This document shows, in pieces, positions 1 through 11,471 of a stretch of 64,000 nt of DNA (its first letter is position 1; each line of letters begins with the position of its first letter). A program made the translations under genes and the position numbers. Below the pieces are notes generated by a model. The model ran no database searches, had not been told where the DNA came from, and was given only the letters and a program-made list of their open reading frames with translations. The stretch is from Kiritimatiellia bacterium. Its GTDB lineage: Bacteria > Verrucomicrobiota > Kiritimatiellia > RFP12 > UBA1067. The DNA is taken from positions 1-64,000 of the forward strand of contig JBMNFY010000010.1 of assembly GCA_050949565.1 (NCBI GenBank), given 5' to 3'.

Positions 1-1
1 C

Positions 2-3000
2 CTTTTCCCCACGCACGTGGGGATGATCCGGACGTTGTGCGCCTCTGTCGATGGACGCCCATGCTTTTCCCCACGCACGTGGGGATGATCCGGGGCTTTT
101 TTTCAGGGGGTAAAATGTGGAAACCTTTTCCCCACGCACGTGGGGATGATCCGCTCTGATGTTGGGTATTGTGGGTGTGGCGTGTCTTTTCCCCACGCAC
201 GTGGGGATGATCCGATGAATATTCGTCGAAACGTGACATCCGCGACCTTTTCCCCACGCACGTGGGGATGATCCGAGAGGGGGCTTGCCCAGGAAGCTAC
301 ATTGCGGCTTTTCCCCACGCACGTGGGGATGATCCGAGCAACGATTTACAGATCGGAATCCGGTCACACTTTTCCCCACGCACGTGGGGATGATCCGTGC
401 GGCGGCACGCATTGGCGGCAATATGCGAGCTTTTCCCCACGCACGTGGGGATGATCCGCGAATCAGCACGATCTACGCTCGCGCGGCCATCTTTTCCCCA
501 CGCACGTGGGGATGATCCGGTTTGAGCGGCCTTGTTCCAGTCCTCATCTTCCTTTTCCCCACGCACGTGGGGATGATCCGCCAAACGGCTCCCCTGCGTG
601 CGATACATGATACTTTTCCCCACGCACGTGGGGATGATCCGCAAACCACGGGAAACATTTATCAACCGGAGACCTTTTCCCCACGCACGTGGGGATGATC
701 CGGTGAGGGTTGACAAAACGTGGCACAAGAAGTCCTTTTCCCCACGCACGTGGGGATGATCCGTTTTGTCCCGAACGGTACATTGACGGTCTTTGCTTTT
801 CCCCACGCACGTGGGGATGATCCGGATAGATGACGCGTCGTGCATTCGCAACCATGCTTTTCCCCACGCACGTGGGGATGATCCGGCGATGGATGCAATC
901 TAAAAATTACGCATTTACTTTTCCCCACGCACGTGGGGATGATCCGGTCGGCGAGCTCTGGGCTGCGTCATACGGCCACTTTTCCCCACGCACGTGGGGA
1001 TGATCCGCTTCTCGCCCGTGTTTGAACAGCAGGTTGTATCTTTTCCCCACGCACGTGGGGATGATCCGCCTATGCCGTGGTTTTTAAATTCGGGTTTACA
1101 CTTTTCCCCACGCACGTGGGGATGATCCGTAAAAGCTGTCCGGCGCAGTATTGACGCCATACTTTTCCCCACGCACGTGGGGATGATCCGTATATTTCTA
1201 AAACTCTTCAGGAGCGCCCGGACTTTTCCCCACGCACGTGGGGATGATCCGCCCAAGGTGGGTTTATCATGAAAAGGAAAGGACTTTTCCCCACGCACGT
1301 GGGGATGATCCGCCCACACTATCGGATTCATCATCAGATAAACTCTTTTCCCCACGCACGTGGGGATGATCCGATCGAGTCGGACGGCGGGCGTGGCGCG
1401 TGGATCTTTTCCCCACGCACGTGGGGATGATCCGTGTTGCCTTGTATTTTGGCGCCTGTTAGCTGCCTTTTCCCCACGCACGTGGGGATGATCCGTAACA
1501 CCCTGTTGCTTTTGGAAATCCTCTAGACTTTTCCTCACGCACGTGGGGATGATCCGCCTGAACCGCTCTTTGAAAACAAGGAAACGGGCTTTTCCCCACG
1601 CACGTGGGGATGATCCGGCACGCCAACACCAGAACCGCCGCGACAACAGCTTTTCCCCACGCACGTGGGGATGATCCGTTCTGGGCGAACAGGTAGCTGT
1701 CGGCGGGCAACTTTTCCCCACGCACGTGGGGATGATCCGACCGCATAGCAGCGCCAGACCGCCTGCGCCGCCTTTTCCCCACGCACGTGGGGATGATCCG
1801 AACCCGACGCGAGGCGCCCGCGACAACGGGCTCTTTTCCCCACGCACGTGGGGATGATCCGGCGTGAAATGCCCCCGAGCCCGCCAAACAGATCTTTTCC
1901 CCACGCACGTGGGGATGATCCGACCAGATGCTTAACGCATCGCAGCGGCTCAAGCTTTTCCCCACGCACGTGGGGATGATCCGACAAAAACTGACTGCAA
2001 ACGCATGATATGACCCTTTTCCCCACGCACGTGGGGATGATCCTGACAGGGTATGCGAGACCTTGCATGTGGAGACCTTTTCCCCACGCACGTGGGGATG
2101 ATCCGCGTACCTATGGTGCTGGCGTGGCCGACTGCTGCTTTTCCCCACGCACGTGGGGATGATCCGGTTACCGTTCGCTGTTTTGCTGACAGTCTGCGCT
2201 TTTCCCCACGCACGTGGGGATGATCCGCCAACATCAGAGACCTTGCTTGCTGTCCGCACCTTTTCCCCACGCACGTGGGGATGATCCGCAGCTGAAAAGG
2301 CGCGTGAAGCTCGCGCGCGCCTTTTCCCCACGCACGTGGGGATGATCCGGTCCTTATGCGCCTCTTCGATTGATGCCCATGCTTTTCCCCACGCACGTGG
2401 GGATGATCCGTGTTCAACCAAGGCGCGCGCCCCGGCGTAACTCTTTTCCCCACGCACGTGGGGATGATCCGCTCGCCCTCTGCGGCAAGGTCGGCACGGG
2501 CTTCTTTTCCCCACGCACGTGGGGATGATCCGCGGGTGATGGATTTATGAGTGCGAATCTACGTCTTTTCCCCACGCACGTGGGGATGATCCGTGAATGG
2601 ACACCATCGACAGATACGAGATTCTCTTTTCCCCACGCACGTGGGGATGATCCGGCGCTCACACTTCGCGCGCGGGCGCGTGGGGCCTTTTCCCCACGCA
2701 CGTGGGGATGATCCGAAGGCGAGAATGTTGAGGAAGCTATGAGTGCCCTTTTCCCCACGCACGTGGGGATGATCCGAATGAAAACCAACATCACCGACAC
2801 CCCGAGGCCTTTTCCCCACGCACGTGGGGATGATCCGTCCACAATTGATGCATTAAACAATGCAGCCACCTTTTCCCCACGCACGTGGGGATGATCCGGC
2901 ATGAATGTACTGCCGACCGCGTATGGAATGCTTTTCCCCACGCACGTGGGGATGATCCGGCCGTTGCCGGTTTCAGGGCGAGCGGTATTTCCTTTTCCCC

Positions 3001-4545
3001 ACGCACGTGGGGATGATCCGCGGGTGATGGATTTATGAGTGCGAAATCGCGTCTTTTCCCCACGCACGTGGGGATGATCCGGCGAGCACGCTATCCACGT
3101 CCGTCGTGGGCGCCTTTTCCCCACGCACGTGGGGATGATCCGGAAATCATCCGGTTCTCCAAGGCAACAGTAGACTTTTCCCCACGCACGTGGGGATGAT
3201 CCGTTGCAGCGATTTAGATCGGGCAGCAAACTAGGCTTTTCCCCACGCACGTGGGGATGATCCGAGCGACCTCTTGATTCAGATCGAGGAACAACGCTTT
3301 TCCCCACGCACGTGGGGATGATCCGAAACCCGTTACTACGTAGTAACAAAAAAAGGACTTTTCCCCACGCACGTGGGGATGATCCATCATGCGTATTTAT
3401 TGGGGTTTTTCGCAATTACTTTTCCCCACGCACGTGGGGATGATCCGACGCGGAACGATACGCAGTGGGGCCCGGGAGTCTTTTCCCCACGCACGTGGGG
3501 ATGATCCGGCTTAGTGTCAGCGAGGCGGCCCGCATAATGGCTTTTCCCCACGCACGTGGGGATGATCCGCAACGCGCCACGACTTTTCTTCCATCCCGGT
3601 ACTTTTTCCCACGCACGTGGGGATGATCCGTCACGGCAAGAAGCGAGTTCCACGGATCCCTGCTTTTCCCCACGCACGTGGGGATGATCCTAAAATAGGG
3701 GTATTTGGTGGTGAAAAAAAATTCTTTTCCCCACGCACGTGGGGATGATCCGGCCACCCGTGGCGGAGCTGCGGCGGCCACAGTCTTTTCCCCACGCACG
3801 TGGGGATGATCCGGAAATGGCATACACCGAAATCCCGAACGCCAACTTTTCCCCACGCACGTGGGGATGATCCGCCGCCTCTGTATAGCCGTTGGTTGTG
3901 CCGCGCCTTTTCCCCACGCACGTGGGGATGATCCGCGCTACGGGGCGGCGGCGAGGGCGGCGGCGGACTTTTCCCCACGCACGTGGGGATGATCCGGTAA
4001 ATCAGGGCGCATGCCGCGCCCTGCGAAACTTTTCCCCACGCACGTGGGGATGATCCGAAAGGATTACGAGAACGGGAAGCACGGCAGCGCTTTTCCCCAC
4101 GCACGTGGGGATGATCCGTTCAACGCGAGCGTCCGCGCCGCGTTGAACCCCTTTTCCCCACGCACGTGGGGATGATCCGACGTTTACTGCGCCCGAACCC
4201 ACAACAACCCCCTTTTCCCCACGCACGTGGGGATGATCCGACATGACGATTTCCGGCACAAGTTTTGTGAATCTTTTCCCCACGCACGTGGGGATGATCC
4301 GACGCCTACCGCCTTGTGCGCCCTTTGATGGACCTTTTCCCCACGCACGTGGGGATGATCCGCGGGCGACGGGATTATGCGCGTGCGAAATCGCCTTTTC
4401 CCCACGCACGTGGGGATGATCCGATTGTTCACTGTTCCAGCCGGGAAGGCGGATTCTTTTCCCCACGCACGTGGGGATGATCCGTCGTTGATGTGAACAA
4501 TAACCGTAGTACCCCTCTTTTCCCCACGCACGTGGGGATGATCCG
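2..4545 (+). CRISPR. Type I-E-like CRISPR array, main block: 75 repeats CTTTTCCCCACGCACGTGGGGATGATCCG (29 bp), spacers 32 bp (first one 33), truncated at left window edge
   Basis: Strict 61-bp periodicity (starts 2, 64, 125 ... 4517). Layout 5 nt + CCCC-N8-GGGG + 8 nt matches the E. coli I-E repeat GTGTTCCCCGCGCCAGCGGGGATAAACCG. Point variants at 1528 and 3602. No leader or cas genes in window. Confidence 0.98.
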
Positions 4546-4574
4546 AGGCAAACCAGCACCTTCAGTTTTGTTAT

Positions 4575-4786
4575 CCCCTTCTCCCCACGCACGTGGGGAT
4601 ACCATTGGGTTTCGTGCGCCCCACCGTAACCGAAACCCCTTCTCCCCACGCACGTGGGGATACCCGCGGATGGCTTCGACCAGATTTGTCCATCTCCCCC
4701 TTCTCCCCACGCACGTGGGGATACCAGCATGACGCGGTTGAAGTTATGCACAAAATTCCCCTTCTCCCCACGCACGTGGGGATACC
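4575..4786. CRISPR. Terminal block of 4 variant repeats CCCCTTCTCCCCACGCACGTGGGGATACC with three 32-bp spacers
   Basis: Identical 29-mers start at 4575, 4636, 4697 and 4758. Same hairpin core and 61-bp phase as the main block, but boundaries shifted 3 nt left. Confidence 0.93.
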
Positions 4787-5007
4787 CCGAGCCCGCTGCC
4801 CGATCCTCTTCCAGCGGGAGAGGGGAGGCCATCAGAGTTGACGGTTGGTTTGATTGTGAACAGTCAATAAAATCGGCGGATTCGAATGAATCGATTCTTT
4901 CGATTGTTTAACTCCCAAATCCTCACTGAATCGCGTTTGCCTGTTGTCCCGAGCGGCGGTAAACAGTAAGATGGGCGTCGAAAGGAATCGTTTCCCGCGA
5001 GGGATGG

Positions 5008-5754
5008 ATGAAGGAGCGTTTGGATACATTGCTGGTGCAGGCGGGGCTGGCCGAAAGTAAGGAGCAGGCCCAACGTCTGGTTCTGGCGGGTGAGGTGCGC
5101 GTGGCGGGTCAGCGCGCGACGAAGCCGGGACATAAGGTGGATGCGTCTGCACCGCTTGCCGTGGATGCGCGGCCACGTTTTGTGAGCCGTGGCGGCGAGA
5201 AGTTGGAAGGAGCCTTTGCAGCGTTTCCGGAATTCGATGTTACGGGTAGGGTCTGCCTGGATGTCGGTGCCTCGACCGGTGGCTTCACCGACTGCCTGCT
5301 TCAGCACGGCGCGGCGCGCGTCATTGCGGTGGATGTCGGTAAGGGGCAGTTGCACTGGAAACTGCGGCAGGATCCGCGGGTGACCGTCATCGAGGGTTTT
5401 AACGCGCGTTATCTGCAACCGTCAGATTTGCCCGAACAACCGCAGGCCGGGGTGACCGATGTCTCGTTCATTTCGCTGAAGCTGATTCTGCCGCCGATGG
5501 TCGATGTCTTGCCGCCGGGCGGTGAGTTGGTGTCGCTGATCAAGCCGCAGTTTGAAGCGGGACGCGCGAAGGTGCCGGGCGGTGTGGTTCGCGATCCGGC
5601 GGTACACGAAGAAGTGGTGGCGGAGATCAAGGCGTTTGGTACGGAGACGCTCGGTCTCGAGTGGCTGGGATGTGTAGAATCCCCGCTGCGCGGTCCGGAG
5701 GGCAATATCGAGTTTCTGGCGTGGTGGCGCAAAGGAGAGACAAAAGAGGCATGA
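5008..5754 (+). CDS. tlyA: TlyA family rRNA (cytidine-2'-O)-methyltransferase
   Basis: N-terminal S4 domain (KERLDTLLVQAGL), FVSRGGEKL, LDVGASTGGFTDCLLQ, DVSFISL, LIKPQFE, GNIEFL. Confidence 0.96.
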   Translation: MKERLDTLLVQAGLAESKEQAQRLVLAGEVRVAGQRATKPGHKVDASAPLAVDARPRFVSRGGEKLEGAFAAFPEFDVTGRVCLDVGASTGGFTDCLLQHGAARVIAVDVGKGQLHWKLRQDPRVTVIEGFNARYLQPSDLPEQPQAGVTDVSFISLKLILPPMVDVLPPGGELVSLIKPQFEAGRAKVPGGVVRDPAVHEEVVAEIKAFGTETLGLEWLGCVESPLRGPEGNIEFLAWWRKGETKEA

Positions 5755-6611
5755 AGACAATCGGTATCATTGCGAATCTCGAGAAGAATCGGGCGGTCGA
5801 GGCGATCCGGAATGTCTCCGATCTGGCGGACGGCATGGGGTTCACGGTTTACGCCGGAGAGTGTGCGGCAGCGCTTTGCCCGCCGGAACGTATCTGTCCG
5901 GTGGCGGAGTTTGCCGCGCGCGGCGTCGAGGCGGTCGTGGTGCTGGGCGGCGACGGAACGATGCTGGACGCGGCGCACCGTACGGCTGGGCAGAATCTGC
6001 CGCTGATGGGGCTGAACATCGGCTCGCTCGGATTTCTCACCAGCGTTGAAGAGCAGTACTTCGCCGTGGCGTTGCAGCAGTTGCGCGAGGGACGTTTCAC
6101 GGTGAGCCTGCGCGCTGCGTTGGCAATGGAAGTGGTTCGCCGCGACGGCGAACGGTTCTCGTTGCCGGATGCACTGAACGATGTGGTCGTAAGCCGTGGC
6201 GCGTCGGGCCATGCGGTAGAGATTGATCTGGCGCTTGATGAGAAAGCGGTGACGCGCGTGCTGTGCGACGGCATTATTGTCTCGACGCCGACCGGTAGCA
6301 CGGCCTATTCGCTCTCGGCGGGCGGGCCGATTTTGCTGCCTGACACACCTGCAACGGTTATCAGTATGATCTCACCGCATACGCTGACCTACCGGCCGCT
6401 GGTGATCCGCGATACGGTGCGGGTGTCGTTGCATGCGGCAACCTGTGTGGTGCCGATGATCGTGAGTTCGGATGGACGCGACAGCAAGCCGCTGCAGCGC
6501 GGCGATACGGTGCGTATCGCGCGCAGTCCGCGCAGTGTGCCGTTGATTGAGTTGCATGGCTATGACCCGTGTGATGTCTTGCGCCGCAAGCTGGGGTGGG
6601 GGAGCCGATGA
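5751..6611 (+). CDS. nadK: NAD(+) kinase
   Basis: LGGDGTML, GSLGFL, ALNDVVV, DGIIVSTPTGSTAYSLSAGGP. ATG overlaps the tlyA stop (ATGA); tlyA-nadK linkage is common. Confidence 0.95.
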   Translation: MKTIGIIANLEKNRAVEAIRNVSDLADGMGFTVYAGECAAALCPPERICPVAEFAARGVEAVVVLGGDGTMLDAAHRTAGQNLPLMGLNIGSLGFLTSVEEQYFAVALQQLREGRFTVSLRAALAMEVVRRDGERFSLPDALNDVVVSRGASGHAVEIDLALDEKAVTRVLCDGIIVSTPTGSTAYSLSAGGPILLPDTPATVISMISPHTLTYRPLVIRDTVRVSLHAATCVVPMIVSSDGRDSKPLQRGDTVRIARSPRSVPLIELHGYDPCDVLRRKLGWGSR

Positions 6612-6642
6612 AGCGTCTCCGCCCGTTCTGCGAAGGGATGAT

Positions 6643-7471
6643 ATGACTGTATCTCCATGGATAGCGGTGGCGCTCGCGTTGCCGGTGTTGCTGTGCGGCG
6701 AAGCGCTCGTGCGGCGTGTGCGCCTGCTCAATCGGTTCAATATCCCGGCGCCGGTGGTTGATCGGCGGGCCGGTCGGCGGCGGTCTGATCCGTTCTCGTG
6801 GCTTGCGTCCGACGGCAGATGTGACGGCGGATGCAGCTTCGGATGTGCAGGAGGTGTCGGACGGCGAGAGCGGTATCATTTCTGATCTGCGGCGGTATGC
6901 GCGCTACGGGTTGTCGGGGCTGTATCATCTGCTGTTGGTGCTGGTCTGTGTCAAACTCGGCACATGGGTGAGTGTGATCATACAAGGTACCGGCATCACC
7001 TTCCCGGTCTATATCGGCGCGATGTTCGTGGGTGTCGCTTTGCGTAATGCGGCGGATGTCATCCACCCGCGCGCGGTGTGCACGGAGCGGATCGACACGC
7101 TCGCCTCCATCTTGCTCGGCTTTTTTCTCTCGATCGCGATGATGAGCCTGAACTTGATCGAACTGGCTGGGGTGGCTCAGGCGATGATGATCATCCTGAC
7201 CGTGCAGGTCGTGCTGACCGCCATCTTTGCGCGCACTGTGACCTTCAAGGTCATGGGTGGCGACTACGACGCGGCTGTCATGGTGGCGGGGCATTGCGGA
7301 TTTGGCCTGGGTGCCATGCCAAATGCCATCGCCAACATGCAGGCGGTGACGAGGCGTTACGGTCATGCGCCGCGCGCGTTTCTCGTGGTGCCGATCACGG
7401 GCACGTTTCTGGTCGACCTCTTCAACGCCACGATCATCACGGCTTTCATCCACGTGCTGAAAGGTTTTTAA
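6643..7471 (+). pseudogene. gltS: Sodium/glutamate symporter GltS, internally deleted and frameshifted
   Basis: N-terminus (…NRFNIPAPVV) and C-terminal part (LIGGPV…GGDYDAAVMVAGHCGFGLGAMPNAIANMQAVTRRYG) are in different frames, joined near 6755. Total ~276 codons versus ~400 typical. Confidence 0.85.
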
Positions 7472-7492
7472 CGTAAAGCTTGCCAATTACGT

Positions 7493-9953
7493 CTACCGGA
7501 CGGTGGGCGCGCGTTCGATCAACTCTGCCAGCCGATCGCGCCATGCCAGTACGGCGGCGGGATCGCGCGTGTATGACTTGAGACTGGCGACCACGTTTTC
7601 CGGGACGTGCAGGGCAGCGCGTGCCTCGGTGGTCCAGCCGGAGGTCGCGGGCGACGCATGTTTCTTCAAGAGGGCTTCCAACTCCCGGACATAGGCGTAG
7701 TCCTCCAGCCCATCGCGGAAGTTTTCGAGGCGTTGGGTCGGTAGCGGCTTGCCGTCCGGTCCGACGCAAGTCCATGCGCCGTCGCCATGATAGACGGTCC
7801 AACTCCGCGCATCCCACTCGGTGAAGGGGCCGGTCGTGATGGGGCGACGCGCGTTCCAGATGCTGATCTGGTAGTAGAGGAAACCGTCAGGCCGTTCTTT
7901 GGCGGTCATCGCGCCCATCAGCAGACGGCCTTCAATGGCCGGGCACTCGATAAACATGTTGGCGTAGGGGGCATGCGGTCCGCAGCAGATGTACCACCAG
8001 ACCTGTCGTCCGTCGGCGCGGGCGCGCGCGGCCTGCTCGGCATCGTATTTCGGCGTGAGGGGGCAGAAGGCGTCTACTGAACGGATGCCGGAAGCGAGGC
8101 CGAAGCTGTGGTCGTAGGTCGTGGTCATGATCGGGACTCCGGGGCAGGCCTTCCGGATCAACGCGGCGGCTTCTTCGACACGTGCGAAGTAGTTGGTGGC
8201 GACCTCGTCGCAACCGTAGATGTAGGCGTGTTCGAGCAGTCCGTGCGATTTGGCTTGGTCGTAGGCGGCGCGCAGGCGGTCGAGGGTCTTGCTCTGCCAA
8301 TCCGTGCGTGATGCCGGAGTGTCCTCGAAATATCCCCAGTAGCCTAGATTGAATTGGCCGAGCCGTCCCTGACTTTTCAGGCGTTTCAGGATCTCGAAGT
8401 CCGGCATGCCGCGATGATACAGGCTGTCGTACGTGATGTAGTAGTCGGCCAGGAAGTCAGCCCAGGCGGCGGTGTGGCGTTTCCAGGCCTTGGCCGGATA
8501 GTCCGGCTCTTTGCGCCAGACGGCCTGCTCTGCCTGTGTTTCGGGGATCGGCCTGTCACCTGGGGAAAAGGTGATCGCGAGCGGTAGCGGCGAGAGGTCG
8601 GGCAGGGTGAAGTCGTAGACGCGCACGCGCAGATCGAGTTTGGCGGCTGGCGCGTTAGCGGCGCTCACCGTCAGCGTGCCGCGGTAGTCGCCGGGGGCTT
8701 GGTTGCGCGGCGCCCGCACGCGGATCCAGAAGCTCTGCACGTCGCCGAGCGCGATGTCGACCGGACCGAGGAAATCGAGGATCGGGTCGGGCCACCAGCC
8801 GATGTGCGTGACAGCATAGGGCGGCTTGCGCTTGGTCTGTACATAGCCGGTCACATGGCAGTCGATCTGCGAGGCGGGCAGGACAGCGCCGCGCGGCCCT
8901 TTGAGCGCGCTGGCGGTGACGCACACTTGGCGCAGCGCGGAGTCGGCGGAGAGCACGCCGATCTGTACGCTCTCTTTTTCATTGCGGGCGAGACTCAGTG
9001 CGACCGTGCGCGCCGGCGTCAGGGTGAACGGCGCGTCGCGCGGCATGATCTGTTCCATGGCGGTGGCGGTGCCGATCAGCATCGGCGATTCGGCAAAGCC
9101 GGCGCGAAGGCTGGCCTGTCGAAAGCGGAACGTGTCGACCAGCCGCTCGGTGCGATTCGAAAAGAACGACAGCTCGGCTTGCAGGGCGGCGAGCGTCTCC
9201 ATCGTTAGGGTGTCGGAGGCGAGGTCGCGGCGCAGGGTCTGGAAAACGGCGCCGAGCCGCTTAACGCCCTGCATGGCGCTGTGTCGTGCCGCAGGCGTGT
9301 CACAGAGAGGGGCGAGCCGCTGTTCGATTTTGGCGAGGGCACGGTCGGCCGCATCAAGCGCGCCGCGCGAAACTCCCGCAATGTCGCGCAGGAAGGCGGG
9401 GGGCGGGTCGGGCGGCAGGCGTTCATCTTTTTTGAGCAGCGTCAGCGAGTCGATGTGCAGCGCCATATCGGCCGGAGGGCGCGTGGTAAAGAAGTGGAGC
9501 GTGGTGATGTCGGCGCGGTTAACATTGTCCGGGAAGGCGCTGAGCGGCACGACGCACCGGGCGAAGCCGGAGCTGGGCACCGCGAAGGAGTGGCGCAGGC
9601 CCTGCCGGATGGGGACTTTGGTCGGAGACAAAGAGCGAGAACGGAAAGCGCGTCTCGGACGGGTTGGTGATGTCGACGACCAGCCGGTCGTAACCGCGCC
9701 AGTCGCGCAACGGCGTTTTTAGTTCGAACGCGGGCCACTCCGGCATGCCGGGCTGCCATTCGGCGGAACTGAACCGCAGGCTGTTGGTGCCGGATGTGGC
9801 GAAAGCGGGGACGATATCGAGTGCGGTCTGGGCGCGGCTGCGGTAGGGCAGTGCAGCCGCCGCGTCGGGCCCCTCGAAATCGAAGAGCGGCGCGGCGGCC
9901 GAAGCCGTAAGCGTAGCGCACAGCAGACCGGCTGCGGCTTTTGCAAAGGTCAT
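7493..9953 (-). CDS. Secreted DUF4091/GH123-like glycoside hydrolase, apparent frameshift near 9622
   Basis: Signal peptide in ORF 9519-9953. Continues in ORF 7493-9631 with ARNEKES, WWPDPIL, YIYGCDE, WWYICCGP, RLENFRDGLEDYAY. Confidence 0.75.
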
Positions 9954-9986
9954 GGAAGGCCTTTTGTTGTGGGTTGATGGAGTGCG

Positions 9987-11264
9987 TTAGGCGAGCGTGA
10001 TCTTGCGGCGCACCGGATCGTAGAGCGCTTTGCGCCCGCTCTCGAACGACTTCATGGCCATGATGACCGGCACGGCGTGCCGGTAGCCGGCGTCGATCGA
10101 AGCGTTCGGCGTCTTGCCGCTGCGCATGCACTGGAGCCAGTCGAGGAAGTGATCGGGATGATCCACCGGTTTCACTTCGTTCTTGCCGCGGATCGTGCCC
10201 TCACCGCGGCGCGGAGCACCTTCGCAGTCGTAGGTGGGCTTACTCCAGTTGCTGATGTCGAGCGCGCCCTTATCGCCGTAGATCTTGCGGATCGAACCCG
10301 AACTGTTGGCGAGATTATTCGAACTGCTGACGAGGAAGCCTTCGGGGTAGATCCAAGTGGCCTGAATCACGTCCGGGCAAGTGAAGCGGTGTTCGTCCTG
10401 CCAAGTAGCGGAATGGGTACCGAGGCAGACGCAAGAGGTGGGGAGCGTCGCGCCCGTGATGTAACTCATCAGGTCGATGAAGTGCGCGCCGAGATTAGGG
10501 ATCGGGCCGCGCGAAAATTCGTAGTGGCCGTACCAGCCGGACCAGATGTCGTCGCGGAAGGGGCGATCAGGAAGGCCGTGCAGGAACTCCTTCCAGTCCA
10601 CGTCTTCGCGGCGCACCTCTTTGAGATAGTGGTACCAATAGGGGCGCTCCGCATTGCGGCACTCCTCAACACGCGAAATGCGGCCGAAGATGCCAGTGCG
10701 GAACAATTCGCGCGCGCCGACGATCGAGGGCAGGCTGCGGATCTGAGTGCCGATCTGGACGACGGTGCCAGCTTCCTTGACCGCGTCGACCGCGCGTACG
10801 AGGTCCGGGAACTCGACGGCGAGGGGCTTCTCGCAGTACGCGTGGAGCCCCATGCGTGCTGCAGCTTCGAGTTGCGCAGTGTGGTGCAGGTCGCACGAGG
10901 CGATCATCACGGCGTCGAGGTCCTTGACGGTGAGCAGGTCGCGGTAGGAGACGAACTGCTGCGCGTCGCGACCGAACCACTCCTTCACCATGCCGTTAGC
11001 GCTCTCGCGTGCGACACGCCACGGATCGGCGACGGCGACAATTTCGAAGTTGGTCTCTTTGACGTGCTTATAGACTCCCTTCATGTGGGCGTTGCGTCCG
11101 CGGTCGCCGCAACCGATGATACCGATGCGGATACGGTCGTTGGCGCCAATCGAACGCCGCCGGGTGGCAGCGGTAACGGATGACGATGCGGTGGTACAGG
11201 AAGAGAGTGCCGAGGCTGCGACGGCGCTGCCCGTGAGCTTCAGAAGGTTGCGGCGGGAGATCAT
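9987..11264 (-). CDS. Tat-exported Gfo/Idh/MocA family oxidoreductase
   Basis: SRRNLLK Tat motif, IGIIGCGDRG Rossmann motif, YCEKP, GTQIRS, GAHFID. Confidence 0.92.
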   Translation of the reverse strand: MISRRNLLKLTGSAVAASALSSCTTASSSVTAATRRRSIGANDRIRIGIIGCGDRGRNAHMKGVYKHVKETNFEIVAVADPWRVARESANGMVKEWFGRDAQQFVSYRDLLTVKDLDAVMIASCDLHHTAQLEAAARMGLHAYCEKPLAVEFPDLVRAVDAVKEAGTVVQIGTQIRSLPSIVGARELFRTGIFGRISRVEECRNAERPYWYHYLKEVRREDVDWKEFLHGLPDRPFRDDIWSGWYGHYEFSRGPIPNLGAHFIDLMSYITGATLPTSCVCLGTHSATWQDEHRFTCPDVIQATWIYPEGFLVSSSNNLANSSGSIRKIYGDKGALDISNWSKPTYDCEGAPRRGEGTIRGKNEVKPVDHPDHFLDWLQCMRSGKTPNASIDAGYRHAVPVIMAMKSFESGRKALYDPVRRKITLA

Positions 11265-11471
11265 GGGTTACATCCTTTCACGTGAAACGAGTTAAAACAC
11301 ATTGTTAAACATTATCTGTGCGCTGGCCGAAAAATGCAATGCGTTTTTTACGGGGCAAATGTTTGAAAAAAGTTCATGCACAAAATCAAACGTATTGTTG
11401 TTGCGTTTCCTGTATACTCTCTCCTGTCGTTAACTGGATTTTGTCACAATCTCAGCAATAGGAGGACGAGA

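Noticed and set aside
4148-4211. CCC preceding main-type repeats at 4151 and 4212, as relics of the variant repeat
   Set aside because: Only two cases, and intervening repeats lack it; chance cannot be excluded
31-4757. Self-targeting spacers within the window
   Set aside because: None noticed by eye; an exhaustive alignment was not possible, so this is neither claimed nor excluded
4805-4830. CCTCTTCCAGCGGGAGAGGGG as a decayed final CRISPR repeat
   Set aside because: Out of 61-bp phase and lacks the core; looks like an unrelated small hairpin
103-4911. Many long ORFs with repeating GSSPRAWGK / RIIPTCVGK / DHPHVRGEK
   Set aside because: These are translations of the CRISPR repeat, which is stop-free on the minus strand; they are not proteins
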